Source of the DNA: a virus
Direction: 5' to 3' (one strand)
IMG/VR virus record: IMGVR_UViG_3300037137_001341
Span: 1-64,000 of that record
DNA length: 64,000 nt
Shown here in pieces: positions 17,498 through 26,664 of this stretch; position 1 is the stretch's first letter, and every line of letters starts with the position of its first letter. Both the position numbers and the translations under genes were made by a program. The notes below the pieces were generated by a model. That model was not told the origin of the DNA. It was given only the letters and a program-made list of their open reading frames with translations, and made no database searches.

Positions 17498-18832
17498 GTG
17501 ACCTACGACTACGAGCCCAACGCTCCGATCGACCGCCTCCGCTGGGTGGCGAAGACGTACGAGCACATGCCGGTGGTCGCGTGGGAGACGATCCGGGTCG
17601 CGCTGAACACTCTCGGTGTTGAGCTTCTCCAGCAGGAGAACGCGCTCTTCGATGGCACCGATGGCACCTGGGGCGTAGCCGCATCCTCGCGGGAGATGCA
17701 CTGGCGCAACGAGTTCGGGTTCGAGCGAGGTATCCGTGGCGCTCTGACGGCGAGACGGATCTCCGAGCTACTTACGATGCTTGAGCCGGAGCTTCCGCCG
17801 GATTCCGAATACGACTTCCTCTTTCCGTGGGTCGCCGCGCAGCTAGGACCGATCGCGAAGCGGACGCAGCGCGCCTGGAAACAGGAGCAGGAGGGTCGCA
17901 TCACGCATCCTCACGCGATGCACTGGTACGACGAGGCACCGATTTTCACAGCCATCGCGGAGGCGCTCACGCGGCGCGGCACCGCCATCGCTCAGTGGGC
18001 GCTCGCGAATCACATCGATCTCGGTAGGGTGACGGCCGCCGAGGCGATCGAAGCAGCGAAGAACTTCAAGGTCGTCGTCCGTGTGCCGCAAGGCCCAGTC
18101 GTCTACGAGTACGGCGACGGCTGGACCGTGCAGGAGCTTCCGCCGGAGGCGCTCGAAGCCGAGGGTAAGGTGATGCAGCACTGCGTAGGGACGTACTGCG
18201 AGCAGGTGCGCAGAGGAGACACCGTGATCTACAGCCTTCGCGATCCACAGGGGCAGCCGCACGTGACCATGGAGTTTCTGCCCGCAAGCGGTCGGTTCGA
18301 GCAGATTTACGGCAAGCAGAACGAGAGGCCGAAGCCGGAGTACGAGGCTCGGGTACGTGCGTTCATCCGTGACAAGTTCGACGCGGCTCCCGCGGCGATG
18401 CTCATGGCGGGTGCAGATCCGAAGAGTTTGGATCTGCGCGGCGCGTACCTGCGCGATGCGAACCTGCGCGATGCGAACCTGCGCGATGCGAACCTGCGCG
18501 AAGCGGACCTCGGCCGCGCGACTTTGGCCGCCGCGAACCTGACCGGCGCGAATCTGAGCTACGCGAACCTGACCGCCGCGAACCTGACCGGCGCGAACCT
18601 GAGCTACGCGAACCTGACCGGCGCGAACCTGAGCTACGCGAACCTGACCGGCGCGAACCTGAGCCGCGCGAACCTGACCGGCGCGAACCTGACCGGCGCG
18701 AACCTGAGCTACGCGAACCTGACCGGCGCGAACCTGAGCTACGCGAACCTGACCGGCGCGAACCTGAGCTACGCGAACCTGACCGGCGCGAACCTGCGCG
18801 GCGCAAACACCGAAGGAGCCGTCGGGCTGTGA
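17498..18832 (+). CDS. PcfJ-domain protein with C-terminal pentapeptide repeats
   Basis: EGKVMQHCVG.Y, IYSLRD, QIYGKQN; then about 25 ANLxx repeats. Confidence 0.85.
   Translation: MTYDYEPNAPIDRLRWVAKTYEHMPVVAWETIRVALNTLGVELLQQENALFDGTDGTWGVAASSREMHWRNEFGFERGIRGALTARRISELLTMLEPELPPDSEYDFLFPWVAAQLGPIAKRTQRAWKQEQEGRITHPHAMHWYDEAPIFTAIAEALTRRGTAIAQWALANHIDLGRVTAAEAIEAAKNFKVVVRVPQGPVVYEYGDGWTVQELPPEALEAEGKVMQHCVGTYCEQVRRGDTVIYSLRDPQGQPHVTMEFLPASGRFEQIYGKQNERPKPEYEARVRAFIRDKFDAAPAAMLMAGADPKSLDLRGAYLRDANLRDANLRDANLREADLGRATLAAANLTGANLSYANLTAANLTGANLSYANLTGANLSYANLTGANLSRANLTGANLTGANLSYANLTGANLSYANLTGANLSYANLTGANLRGANTEGAVGL
18432..18810 (+). repeat. 15-bp coding tandem repeats (pentapeptide)
   Basis: GCGAACCTGACCGGC / GCGAACCTGAGCTAC / GCGAACCTGCGCGAT units. 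Confidence 0.9.
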
Positions 18833-19011
18833 CCTACGAGTACCAGTGCACCGATCCCGCGTGCCACCACGAGTGGGAGGCCGAGCAGAAGATCACGGCG
18901 GCTCCTCTGCGCACATGCCCGAAGTGTGCGAAGGCGACGGCGAAGCGCCTGATCTCGAAGAGCGCGTTCGTGCTGAACGGCGAAGGCTGGTTCAAGAGCG
19001 GGGGGTACTGA
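18829..19011 (+). CDS. FmdB-family zinc ribbon protein
   Basis: YEYQC...C.H.WE..Q.IT..PL..CPKC...RLIS..F.L.G.GW. Confidence 0.85.
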   Translation: MTYEYQCTDPACHHEWEAEQKITAAPLRTCPKCAKATAKRLISKSAFVLNGEGWFKSGGY

Positions 19012-20597
19012 TGTACGAGCCGAACGCCTCCGAGGTACATGCCCGGTCGGTCGCGCTGATGCGCTTCCTGTCCGCCGTCGCGCGCCACGCGCATGTGGCC
19101 GAGCACGTGTACGTCGTGGGAGGAGCCGTCAGGAACTACGTCCTGGGCGAGCCCATCAAGGACATTGACGTTGTCGTGGACAGCATCGGAGCGCGTCACG
19201 ACTCCGAGTGGTTCGCTCGTCGGATCGCGACCGAGATCCCGACGTCCACGAACCTCACGACGAACCAGTACGGCGTCGCGATCCTGACCATCAAGGGCGA
19301 CTGGTCCCTCGACGGCCACCCGATGCAGGGCGAGGTCATGGAGATCGCGAACGCCCGCGCCGAGTCCTACGGAGGCGGCGGCCAGGGGTACAAGCCCACG
19401 GACGTGCGCCCTGCGACCATTGAGGAGGACGTGTACCGGCGCGAGTTCACGTTCAACACGCTGCTCTGGCGGCTCTCCGATCTCGCCGACGGTCCAGACG
19501 GCGCTCCGATCATCGACATCACCGGGCGGGGGCTGATCGATCTGGAGAACCGGCAGATCCGCACGCCGTCGCCCGCGGACCAGACCTTCTCGGACGACCC
19601 GACGCGCATGCTCCGGGCGGTGAAGTTCGCGCTCCGGTACGGCTTCGAGATCCCCTCCGAGGTCGTCGAGTCCATCCGACGGAACGCCGGCACGCTACGG
19701 GATGTGCCCTGGGAGCCGGTGACAGCGCTCCTGGTGAACAACGTCCTGCGCATGGAGAACGCGCTCGACGGGCTCCCGATGCTCGCCCAGTTGGGCCTGC
19801 TCGACGTCCTCGTGGACATCACGCGACAGGGGCCGGCACGGGCCTACCTGAGCCGGCAGATGAAGGAGGAGCGCCGCCCCCAGCTTCTGGTGCTCATGCT
19901 CGACGCCGGCTTCGACCTGGACATCCCCGTCGCCAAGCTCACCCCGGAGCAGCGGGAGCGCCTCCTGGCGGTCACGGGGGACATGACAGACGCAGACGCG
20001 GGGGCCTTTCTGACAGCCGTCGAGAGGCCCCCGGTGGACAACATGCGGGTCATCTCGACGCTGGGCCTCAAGCCGCACGACAGGGGCCTCATCGGGCCGC
20101 TGGCGCGCGAGGCGCTGCTCGGCCACCCATCGCTCGCCGACGATCCGATGGAATTAACACGGCGCGTCATCGGGTCCTGGCCGGGTCTGCAGCGGAACGC
20201 CGCGAAGAAAGTGGTCTATGCTGCCGTATTCCTTGAGGAATCCAGCCGCGAGGAGCTTCTGGCGTGGTGGTCGGAGCACGTAGGACATGTGCTCCTGCCG
20301 AAGCTGTACGCCCACCACATGACCATCGCCTTCAAGCCGAGCCCGGAGGTTCTTGGGCTCCTGCCTCTCGGGGCTCGCGTCCAGGTACATGTCGTGGGCT
20401 GGGGCGACGACGGGCAGGCGCAGGCGGTCGTGGTGCGGGCCAACATCCCGAGCGCGAACCCGGTGCCGCATGTGACGGTGGCGACGGCCGAGGGGGTCTC
20501 TCCGGCGCACTCGAACGCGCTGCTGTCAGAGCCGCCGTCCTGGGTCGTGGTGTACGACGGGCCGGTCCTACACGGCACCGTGGGGACGTTCCCATGA
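19011..20597 (+). CDS. CCA/poly(A) polymerase-family nucleotidyltransferase fused to a 2H phosphoesterase
   Basis: VVGGAVRN, DIDVV, EDVYRREFTFN, DDPTRMLRAVKF; C-terminal HMT and HVT motifs. Confidence 0.85.
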   Translation: MYEPNASEVHARSVALMRFLSAVARHAHVAEHVYVVGGAVRNYVLGEPIKDIDVVVDSIGARHDSEWFARRIATEIPTSTNLTTNQYGVAILTIKGDWSLDGHPMQGEVMEIANARAESYGGGGQGYKPTDVRPATIEEDVYRREFTFNTLLWRLSDLADGPDGAPIIDITGRGLIDLENRQIRTPSPADQTFSDDPTRMLRAVKFALRYGFEIPSEVVESIRRNAGTLRDVPWEPVTALLVNNVLRMENALDGLPMLAQLGLLDVLVDITRQGPARAYLSRQMKEERRPQLLVLMLDAGFDLDIPVAKLTPEQRERLLAVTGDMTDADAGAFLTAVERPPVDNMRVISTLGLKPHDRGLIGPLAREALLGHPSLADDPMELTRRVIGSWPGLQRNAAKKVVYAAVFLEESSREELLAWWSEHVGHVLLPKLYAHHMTIAFKPSPEVLGLLPLGARVQVHVVGWGDDGQAQAVVVRANIPSANPVPHVTVATAEGVSPAHSNALLSEPPSWVVVYDGPVLHGTVGTFP

Positions 20598-21097
20598 GGC
20601 CGACGCGCTTGGAGGTCTTCGACTTCGACAACACGCTGTTCCGGTCCCCGGACAAGCCTGCGGGGTGGCCCGAGGGCAAGGGCTGGTGGGGCCGGCCCGA
20701 GTCCCTGCAGGAGCCGTGCGTGCCGACACATCCCACAGCGGACTGGTGGATCGAGGAGACGGTCAGCCAGGCCCGCCGCGCGATCGACGACCCGGACACG
20801 CTGGCCGTCCTGATGACGGGGCGGCTCGTGAAGCGCTTCACCGAGCGCGTCCGCGACCTGCTCGGGCAGATGTCCCTGGAGTTCGACGAGGTGCACCTCA
20901 CGACGGGAGGCGGCACCCTGCCGTTCAAGCTCAATGCGATCCTACGGATCTTGGAGGAGCGCCCCGAGATCGAGTACATCAGGATCTGGGACGACCGCGA
21001 GGAGCACATGCCGGAGTTCGCGCGGGTGCTCGACGAGACGGGGATCCCGTACGACCTGCGGCTCGTGGACGCGGACATGAAGGAGGCTCTGTGCTGA
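20594..21097 (+). CDS. HAD phosphatase (Swiss-Army-knife RNA-repair type)
   Basis: FDFDNTLF, LMTGR, K, WDDR. Confidence 0.8.
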   Translation: MRPTRLEVFDFDNTLFRSPDKPAGWPEGKGWWGRPESLQEPCVPTHPTADWWIEETVSQARRAIDDPDTLAVLMTGRLVKRFTERVRDLLGQMSLEFDEVHLTTGGGTLPFKLNAILRILEERPEIEYIRIWDDREEHMPEFARVLDETGIPYDLRLVDADMKEALC

Positions 21098-21525
21098 GAG
21101 CGATCATCATGCGAGGGCTCCCCGGATGCGGGAAGAGCACGCTGGCCGCCGACCTGGCGCGCGAGGAGCCGCTCGACGTCTTCTCAACCGACGACTACTT
21201 CGGCGACCCGTACACCTTCGACCCGAGCAAGATCAGCGAGGCACATGCCTGGAACCTGCGCCGCTGGATCGAAGCGGCGCAGCGAGGCGTGAGCAACATC
21301 GCGTGCGCGAACACGAACATCCACGTCTCCGAGGTCGCGCCCTACTGGGCGACGGCAGCGGCCTACGGCTACGAGCCGGTGATCATGCAGCTGGACTGTA
21401 ACCCAGAGGTGTCCATCGCGCGGAACGTCCACGACGTCCCGGAGGCAGTCATCCGGCGCATGTACGCGGCGATGCCGGAGCAGGAAGCCCTCTTCCCGCC
21501 ATGGTGGACCGTGGAGCACGTGTGA
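21091..21525 (+). CDS. P-loop polynucleotide kinase (AAA_33/N4BP2-like)
   Basis: IMRGLPGCGKST, STDDYF, NTN, RNVHDVP. Confidence 0.85.
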   Translation: MLRAIIMRGLPGCGKSTLAADLAREEPLDVFSTDDYFGDPYTFDPSKISEAHAWNLRRWIEAAQRGVSNIACANTNIHVSEVAPYWATAAAYGYEPVIMQLDCNPEVSIARNVHDVPEAVIRRMYAAMPEQEALFPPWWTVEHV

Positions 21526-21836
21526 TGGACTTCGAGCGCGGGGATTGCGCCGTTCTCGCTCTGAGACTCAGAGAACTCACCGGCTTCCCTCTCGTTGGAA
21601 TGTTCGAGGGAGGAGACTTGCACCACGTCGCTGTCGAGGTGGATCGCGGTCATGTGCTAGACGTCGCGGGGGTAACGGCGAAGCGCGAACGGGCAACGGA
21701 TGCCGGAAGACCGAAGGGGCGTTGGCGGCGCATCGATCTGCGCACCATACGTGCCCACGGTCTACCCGGCTTCGAGGGCTACGACGGCGAGGAGCTTGAC
21801 GAGGTGGACGCCGTGGCGGAAGGCTTGGCACAGTGA
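21525..21836 (+). CDS. Hypothetical protein with Cys-His-Asp triad (papain/transglutaminase-like)
   Basis: GDCAVLA...HHVAV...LDVAG. Confidence 0.5.
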   Translation: MDFERGDCAVLALRLRELTGFPLVGMFEGGDLHHVAVEVDRGHVLDVAGVTAKRERATDAGRPKGRWRRIDLRTIRAHGLPGFEGYDGEELDEVDAVAEGLAQ

Positions 21837-22093
21837 CCGACGACGTGAAGGCGTGGCTCGCCGAGCAAGCCCCCGACGCGCTCCTCGCAGACGGCTTCGA
21901 GGACGCGATCATCGGCATTGTCCAGCGCGTGAGCCAGCCGACTATAGTGCTCTACGACCGGGACAAGTGCATCGCGATCTTGCAGCGCGACATGTCCTAC
22001 GAGGACGCACTGGAGTTCTTCGACTTCAACACGTCGGGCGCATGGGTTGGCAACGGAACACCGGGGTTCCTCGTGCGGCTGCCGGGGGATTGA
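21833..22093 (+). CDS. Conserved phage hypothetical protein
   Basis: ADGFEDAIIG...YDRDKC...EFFDFN..GAWVG..TP. Confidence 0.7.
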   Translation: MTDDVKAWLAEQAPDALLADGFEDAIIGIVQRVSQPTIVLYDRDKCIAILQRDMSYEDALEFFDFNTSGAWVGNGTPGFLVRLPGD

Positions 22094-22096
22094 GCC

Positions 22097-22627
22097 ATGG
22101 GAGGCACCGTCCGCGTCCCCCTGCCGCACGGGCTCTACGCCCTGATCGATGCCTCTGACGCGAAAGAGGTGGGCCAGTTCACGTGGCACCTGAAGACGAA
22201 GGCGTCGCAGCCCGACAAGGTCTACGCGCAGACGTCGTTCCGAGTGACACCGGGCCGCGATGGCAAGAAGCAGTCGGTCATGCTGCACCGGTTCGTGATG
22301 GGCGCCCGCCCCGGCGAGTTGGTGGATCATGTGTCCGGGGACACACTCGACTGCCGCAAGAAGAACCTGCGTGTCACGTCGGCGCGCGGGAACTCCACCA
22401 ACGTCACGAGCAGCAAGAACCAGAAGAAGGGCGGCTACAAGGGCGTTTCCTGGAACTCCAACGCCGGCAAGTGGGAGGCAGGCATATGCGCTGGGGACGT
22501 CACGCCGAGCGGACGCAAGCGCCGGCTCTACCTCGGGCTCTTCGACAACCCTCGTGAAGCGGCGCGTGTGTACGACGCAGCGGCGCGTAGCTACTTCGGG
22601 AAGTACGCCTCGCTGAACTTTCCATGA
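22097..22627 (+). CDS. HNH-AP2 homing endonuclease-like protein
   Basis: LHRFVM, VDHVSGDTLDCRKKNLR, YKGV, YLGLFD..EAARVYD. Confidence 0.9.
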   Translation: MGGTVRVPLPHGLYALIDASDAKEVGQFTWHLKTKASQPDKVYAQTSFRVTPGRDGKKQSVMLHRFVMGARPGELVDHVSGDTLDCRKKNLRVTSARGNSTNVTSSKNQKKGGYKGVSWNSNAGKWEAGICAGDVTPSGRKRRLYLGLFDNPREAARVYDAAARSYFGKYASLNFP

Positions 22628-22666
22628 TCACATTCGAGCCGGTGACGCCGGCAGGAAGTGATCGTG

Positions 22667-22828
22667 ATGGCTCACCACAAACGCGGGAAGCGCAAGGACG
22701 TTCGAGCAGGCTGCATCTTCTGCAAGCCCTGGAAGTCCAACGGCAACAAGAACAATTGGAGCCATCAGCGTCGCCAGGAGCAGCGGGCTCGGATCTCCGA
22801 CCGTGAGCGCCAAAGCGGAGCGACCTGA
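22667..22828 (+). CDS. Small basic CxxC protein (below the ORF-track cutoff)
   Basis: MAHHKRGKRKDVRAGCIFCKPWK...; AGGAAG upstream. Confidence 0.5.
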   Translation: MAHHKRGKRKDVRAGCIFCKPWKSNGNKNNWSHQRRQEQRARISDRERQSGAT

Positions 22829-22835
22829 GCGCCTA

Positions 22836-24581
22836 TCAGAATCCGACCGTGTGCTCTACGATCGCGATCTCGCGGCGGATCTCGCTGTCCGTCAGCCCAT
22901 CCCGCCGGAGTGCCTCGATGATGCTGGCTCGCGTGCCGGCGGGGTTCTTGACCATCTCCGCGACGGCGGCGCGGCGCTCTTCTGCGGTTTCTGGGATTCT
23001 GTCCGTCATGGGTGCCCTCCTTAGCTGCAGCGTGAAGTAGTCGGGCCTGCCGAACAGGCCGTAGTTCCAGTCCCGCGGCGCGTACTCGTCGTTGAACGGG
23101 AAGCGGTCCATGACCACAAACCCGGTGCGCTCGTATATCCGACGGAGACCGTCGCCGAAACATTCGAGGTAGTTGACCCCGGCATGATTGATCGCGTGCT
23201 CCAGCACGACCGACCCCGAGCCCGGCGGGTCCCCTTCGTTGAACAGCGCCGTGCCCTCGATCCGTCCGTCTCCGTGGTCCTTCACGGCGATCCCGGAGAG
23301 GCCGGTCGCCGAAAGGTAGCGAGCCAGCATGTCCTCCAGTTCTGGGATGGAGTAGTGCGAGACGTATGCGCTGTACCGGTTGTGCGGCCCCATCGCGCTC
23401 TCGAAAGCATCGTAGAACGATCTGGCTGGCACGTCGGCGAATGTGAGCGCGTCGTTGGGCTCGAACTCGATCAGCCCGGCGTTCCGCAGGTACATGCCCA
23501 CGTTCTCCAGTAGCTCGATCTCTCGGATCTCCGGCATGAACGGCGTCGCCATCGCGCCGGGGTCGAGGATCACCATGCACTTCGGGAGCTTCTCGCCCTC
23601 GATCTTCCCGTGGATGCGCCACCCGATGTTGTACATGTGCAAGTCACGGAACGCGAGGTCAGCCTCGGTATGTGACGTCGCCAGGGTGACCCCGAGTTCA
23701 CGCGAGATGGGCAGACGCTGCATCAGCGTGCACGCCGCCATCATGTCCTGCAGGGCCGAGTCAGCAAGCTCTTCCTCGCGCTCCGTCTTATCGGTCTTCC
23801 AGCGGTACATGTGGAACGTGTCCGCGGAGCCGCGGTACGCGCGTGTGGCCTGCACGGCGAGGTGTAGCTCCGCAAACTGCTCCTGCACGCCCTTCGGGAG
23901 CCGCGTCACGACGGAGGCCATGTGCGAGTACAGCACAGGCCGTTGCAGATCGGCCCGCTCCAGGCTTCGCTCGGTGAGCCCGATGCGCTTCAGCGTCTCC
24001 TCGGACAGCGCGGCCTGGTACTGGATGTCGTACTTGTCGCGCGGGTTAGGCGCCGCCACGTTGTCGAAGACAGGGGCCGCCTCCTCGCGCACGATCGCGA
24101 ACACGGGTTGCAGCTTGTCGATGAAGATGACGTCCGGCGTCACGCGCACGACGTCATGTACCCGCAGGTAGGACGGCAGCAGGTCCGAGATGGATTCTCC
24201 GTCCACTTCCTCCTCTAGCAACCCCTTCATAGTCGACCAGACCGGGCCTTCGGACTCGTCCCGCGTCAGCTTCACCACCCACGGGGATGTAGACTCGAAG
24301 ACGCAGCCGAACCGCCCGCAGCCAAGGCGGTCGCCGATGGGCACGTCCACTGTCCGCTGGAAGCGGTCTAGGTTCTCTTCGAGGAACGCGGCCCACGCCA
24401 CGCCCTCGCCGATGTATGCCGGCACCCCGGCAGGCAGGGCGTCGATCCTGCCCATGAACCGAACCGGACGCGCCGCGCGAGGCCCGCGCTCCTCCTTCAT
24501 CCTCGCGACGTAGTCGAGCATCGCCTGGAGCGACGACGGATGCAGGCTCGTGGCGTCGTCGTCGGTCTTCTTTCGCGCCAT
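22836..24581 (-). CDS. Protein-kinase-like domain fused to a GNAT-like domain
   Basis: LGCGRFGCV, VVKLT, RDLHMYN, ILDPG; then LECFGDGLRRIYERTGF...FNDEYAP. Confidence 0.7.
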   Translation of the reverse strand: MARKKTDDDATSLHPSSLQAMLDYVARMKEERGPRAARPVRFMGRIDALPAGVPAYIGEGVAWAAFLEENLDRFQRTVDVPIGDRLGCGRFGCVFESTSPWVVKLTRDESEGPVWSTMKGLLEEEVDGESISDLLPSYLRVHDVVRVTPDVIFIDKLQPVFAIVREEAAPVFDNVAAPNPRDKYDIQYQAALSEETLKRIGLTERSLERADLQRPVLYSHMASVVTRLPKGVQEQFAELHLAVQATRAYRGSADTFHMYRWKTDKTEREEELADSALQDMMAACTLMQRLPISRELGVTLATSHTEADLAFRDLHMYNIGWRIHGKIEGEKLPKCMVILDPGAMATPFMPEIREIELLENVGMYLRNAGLIEFEPNDALTFADVPARSFYDAFESAMGPHNRYSAYVSHYSIPELEDMLARYLSATGLSGIAVKDHGDGRIEGTALFNEGDPPGSGSVVLEHAINHAGVNYLECFGDGLRRIYERTGFVVMDRFPFNDEYAPRDWNYGLFGRPDYFTLQLRRAPMTDRIPETAEERRAAVAEMVKNPAGTRASIIEALRRDGLTDSEIRREIAIVEHTVGF

Positions 24582-24621
24582 GCCGGGAGCGTACCGCAGG
24601 AGCCGGGCGCTCCGCCACAGG

Positions 24622-25224
24622 CTAGCTGGCGCGGTGCTGCACCAGCAGGGACTTCGCCGTGATCAGGAAGCGCTCCGCGATCTGCTCCGTCCGGGCGTCA
24701 CGCCAGTACCGGTCGCGAAGGCGCTGCAGCAGTTCAGCGGAGGGGACATGCTGCAGGTTCCACTCGTACGCGCCGGTGTTCGGCATGAAGACCTGCCGCT
24801 CTGCCGCCAGCAGGGTGAGGTCGGCCAGCTTGATGAGCTTCTTCTGCTCGGGCGTCGGCGGCGGCAAGCTCAGGGCCGCCAGGATGGTTTCCTGCACCCG
24901 GTCTTCGATGATGTCGAAGTCCGACGGCAGCATCCAGTTTTCGTCCGCCCGCTGCCGCATCACCCACTTCATCGGTGCCGACACGTCCCCCACGTACGCT
25001 TCGCTGTCGTCGTGGTGCAGCGCGAGGCAGCGCAGGAGCGGACCGCCACCTACGAGCCACTCGACGTGGAGTGCATGTTCCGCAACGGAGTACGGGAACG
25101 TGGTGTGCCCCGTGAACCGGTTGATCCGCGCGAGCGCGTGCGCGATGTCGACGAGGTCGACCTGATCGGTCTGCGGAGCGAGCAGGTCGAAGCGCTTGCC
25201 GCTGTACGTCTCGATCCAGGTCAC
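24622..25224 (-). CDS. HD-domain phosphohydrolase (YfdR/5'-deoxynucleotidase-like)
   Basis: DIAHAL..INRFTGH, YSVAEH, HHDDSEAYVGD. Confidence 0.85.
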   Translation of the reverse strand: MTWIETYSGKRFDLLAPQTDQVDLVDIAHALARINRFTGHTTFPYSVAEHALHVEWLVGGGPLLRCLALHHDDSEAYVGDVSAPMKWVMRQRADENWMLPSDFDIIEDRVQETILAALSLPPPTPEQKKLIKLADLTLLAAERQVFMPNTGAYEWNLQHVPSAELLQRLRDRYWRDARTEQIAERFLITAKSLLVQHRAS

Positions 25225-25397
25225 GAATCCTCCCCCCGGTACACGAGTGCGAGCACGACTGCCCCGACAGCCGCCGCCCGCTCCTTGGCCTCCACGTCGG
25301 CCTGGTCCGCGGTGCGCGCCACGAGCGGCACGTCACATGACGTCGTTTCGCCTTGCCGGAGCAACCGCGCCGACCACTCACTGTCATCCTTCTTCAT
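25221..25397 (-). CDS. Small hypothetical protein MKKDDSEW...
   Basis: 58 aa, AAGGACACATG start, overlaps neighbours at both ends. Confidence 0.55.
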   Translation of the reverse strand: MKKDDSEWSARLLRQGETTSCDVPLVARTADQADVEAKERAAAVGAVVLALVYRGEDS

Positions 25398-25897
25398 GTG
25401 TCCTTCTCCTCCTCGACGATGTACTTGACGACCTTGCCCTGAGCGAGTCCGGTGTGGGCGATGCCGCCCACGAGCTTGCTGATTGCCCGCACGAGGCGCT
25501 CCCGGAAGAGCGGATCATTCTCGATCCCGAGCGAGTACTCGACCTCCACGTGGATGCGGATCTTCCCGCTGGTCGGGGGTGGCTGGTACGGCTCCCCACC
25601 GGCTCTCTCCAGAAGCATCTCCATCTCCTCCGCCGTCGGTCCCCGCCCGCGCAGGGCCGCCTCCACGGCGTCCCGAAGGATGGTCACGGCCACGTGATCC
25701 CCGCGGGCCCCGATGCGGGTCACCAGGAACGCTCCGTTGGGCAGCTGCCAAAGGGCATCCCCTTTCAGGCTCCGCTCCTTCAGGCGGTTCGCATAGGGCA
25801 GCTGCTCCTTCAGGAGCGAGAACGCCTGCGGCACCGTGAGCATGCGGTCGAAGCGGGTGATGTACTGCTCGACCGCGTGGTGCGTGAGGATGATCAC
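25394..25897 (-). CDS. Hypothetical protein (nuclease-toxin-like LTHHAVEQY..R start)
   Basis: Coupled ORF. Confidence 0.55.
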   Translation of the reverse strand: MIILTHHAVEQYITRFDRMLTVPQAFSLLKEQLPYANRLKERSLKGDALWQLPNGAFLVTRIGARGDHVAVTILRDAVEAALRGRGPTAEEMEMLLERAGGEPYQPPPTSGKIRIHVEVEYSLGIENDPLFRERLVRAISKLVGGIAHTGLAQGKVVKYIVEEEKDT

Positions 25898-26079
25898 TTC
25901 CGTGCCCTTCTGCGTGTGTCGTCGTCCACGATGCGACCGATCTCCTCGATCGCCTGCTGCTTGGTCATGTCTCCGCGCTCGTAGGCGGCGACGACGACGG
26001 TGAGCTTGCGAATCGCGTTGCGCGTCGCTTCGTCCATCGTCGCCGCCGCCCTTGCTGGCTCCGGCGGCCTCTCAGGCAT
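25894..26079 (-). CDS. Hypothetical protein
   Basis: GGAGCACATG start. Confidence 0.55.
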   Translation of the reverse strand: MPERPPEPARAAATMDEATRNAIRKLTVVVAAYERGDMTKQQAIEEIGRIVDDDTRRRARK

Positions 26080-26085
26080 GTGCTC

Positions 26086-26625
26086 CTACGCCTCGTCGTC
26101 TTTCTGGGCCGGCGGGAGCATCCGCGCCCGGAACTCCGGCGAGGCGACCTGCTTCAGAATCCCCTTCACATCCCGCTGGTACCACTGCTTCAGCGGCCGG
26201 TTCTCCGGTGTGTCGGTGATGCTCTTGAGATCGATGATCTCGTCCAGATCCGAGAGGGCCACGATGTCCCGCTCGATCTTCTTCGTGCGTTCGACCGCCT
26301 TGTGACGGATCGCGTCGACCGAGTCGAACGTGGCCCGCGCCCCGAGCGCCCGGTGCCGCACGAGGGCCCGCTTGTACTTCTTCTGCAGGATCTTTCCCGC
26401 GCGCCCGACGAGGCCACGCATGACGGCGACCTCCTCGGTGTCCATCCTGGGCATGTGCTTGTAGCCGTTCACGGCCTTCGTGATCTCGTTGTACCCGAGG
26501 AAGTCGTACCGTTGTTTCTCCGCCCACCAGTCGAGGAGAGAGGCAACTCGCTGCGGCTTGCTCAGGCCCGTGTCGAGCGGGAAGGCGGCGAGGTTGCGGA
26601 TCCCGTTGCTGCGTTTGCTTGCCAT
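26086..26625 (-). CDS. Hypothetical protein
   Basis: 179-aa ORF with SD. Confidence 0.65.
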   Translation of the reverse strand: MASKRSNGIRNLAAFPLDTGLSKPQRVASLLDWWAEKQRYDFLGYNEITKAVNGYKHMPRMDTEEVAVMRGLVGRAGKILQKKYKRALVRHRALGARATFDSVDAIRHKAVERTKKIERDIVALSDLDEIIDLKSITDTPENRPLKQWYQRDVKGILKQVASPEFRARMLPPAQKDDEA

Positions 26626-26664
26626 TATGTTGTCGGTCCCTTCTTCTGTTGAAACGCTCCCTGG

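Noticed and set aside
18432-18810. Regular short repeats resembling a CRISPR array
   Set aside because: They are contiguous 15-bp in-frame units with no unique spacers, encoding pentapeptide repeats; no cas genes are present.
17498-18846. 16/18-nt direct repeat GTGACCTACGAnTACnAG at the starts of the PcfJ and FmdB genes as a target-site duplication
   Set aside because: It is short, explainable by similar MTY[DE]Y starts, and no transposase is present.
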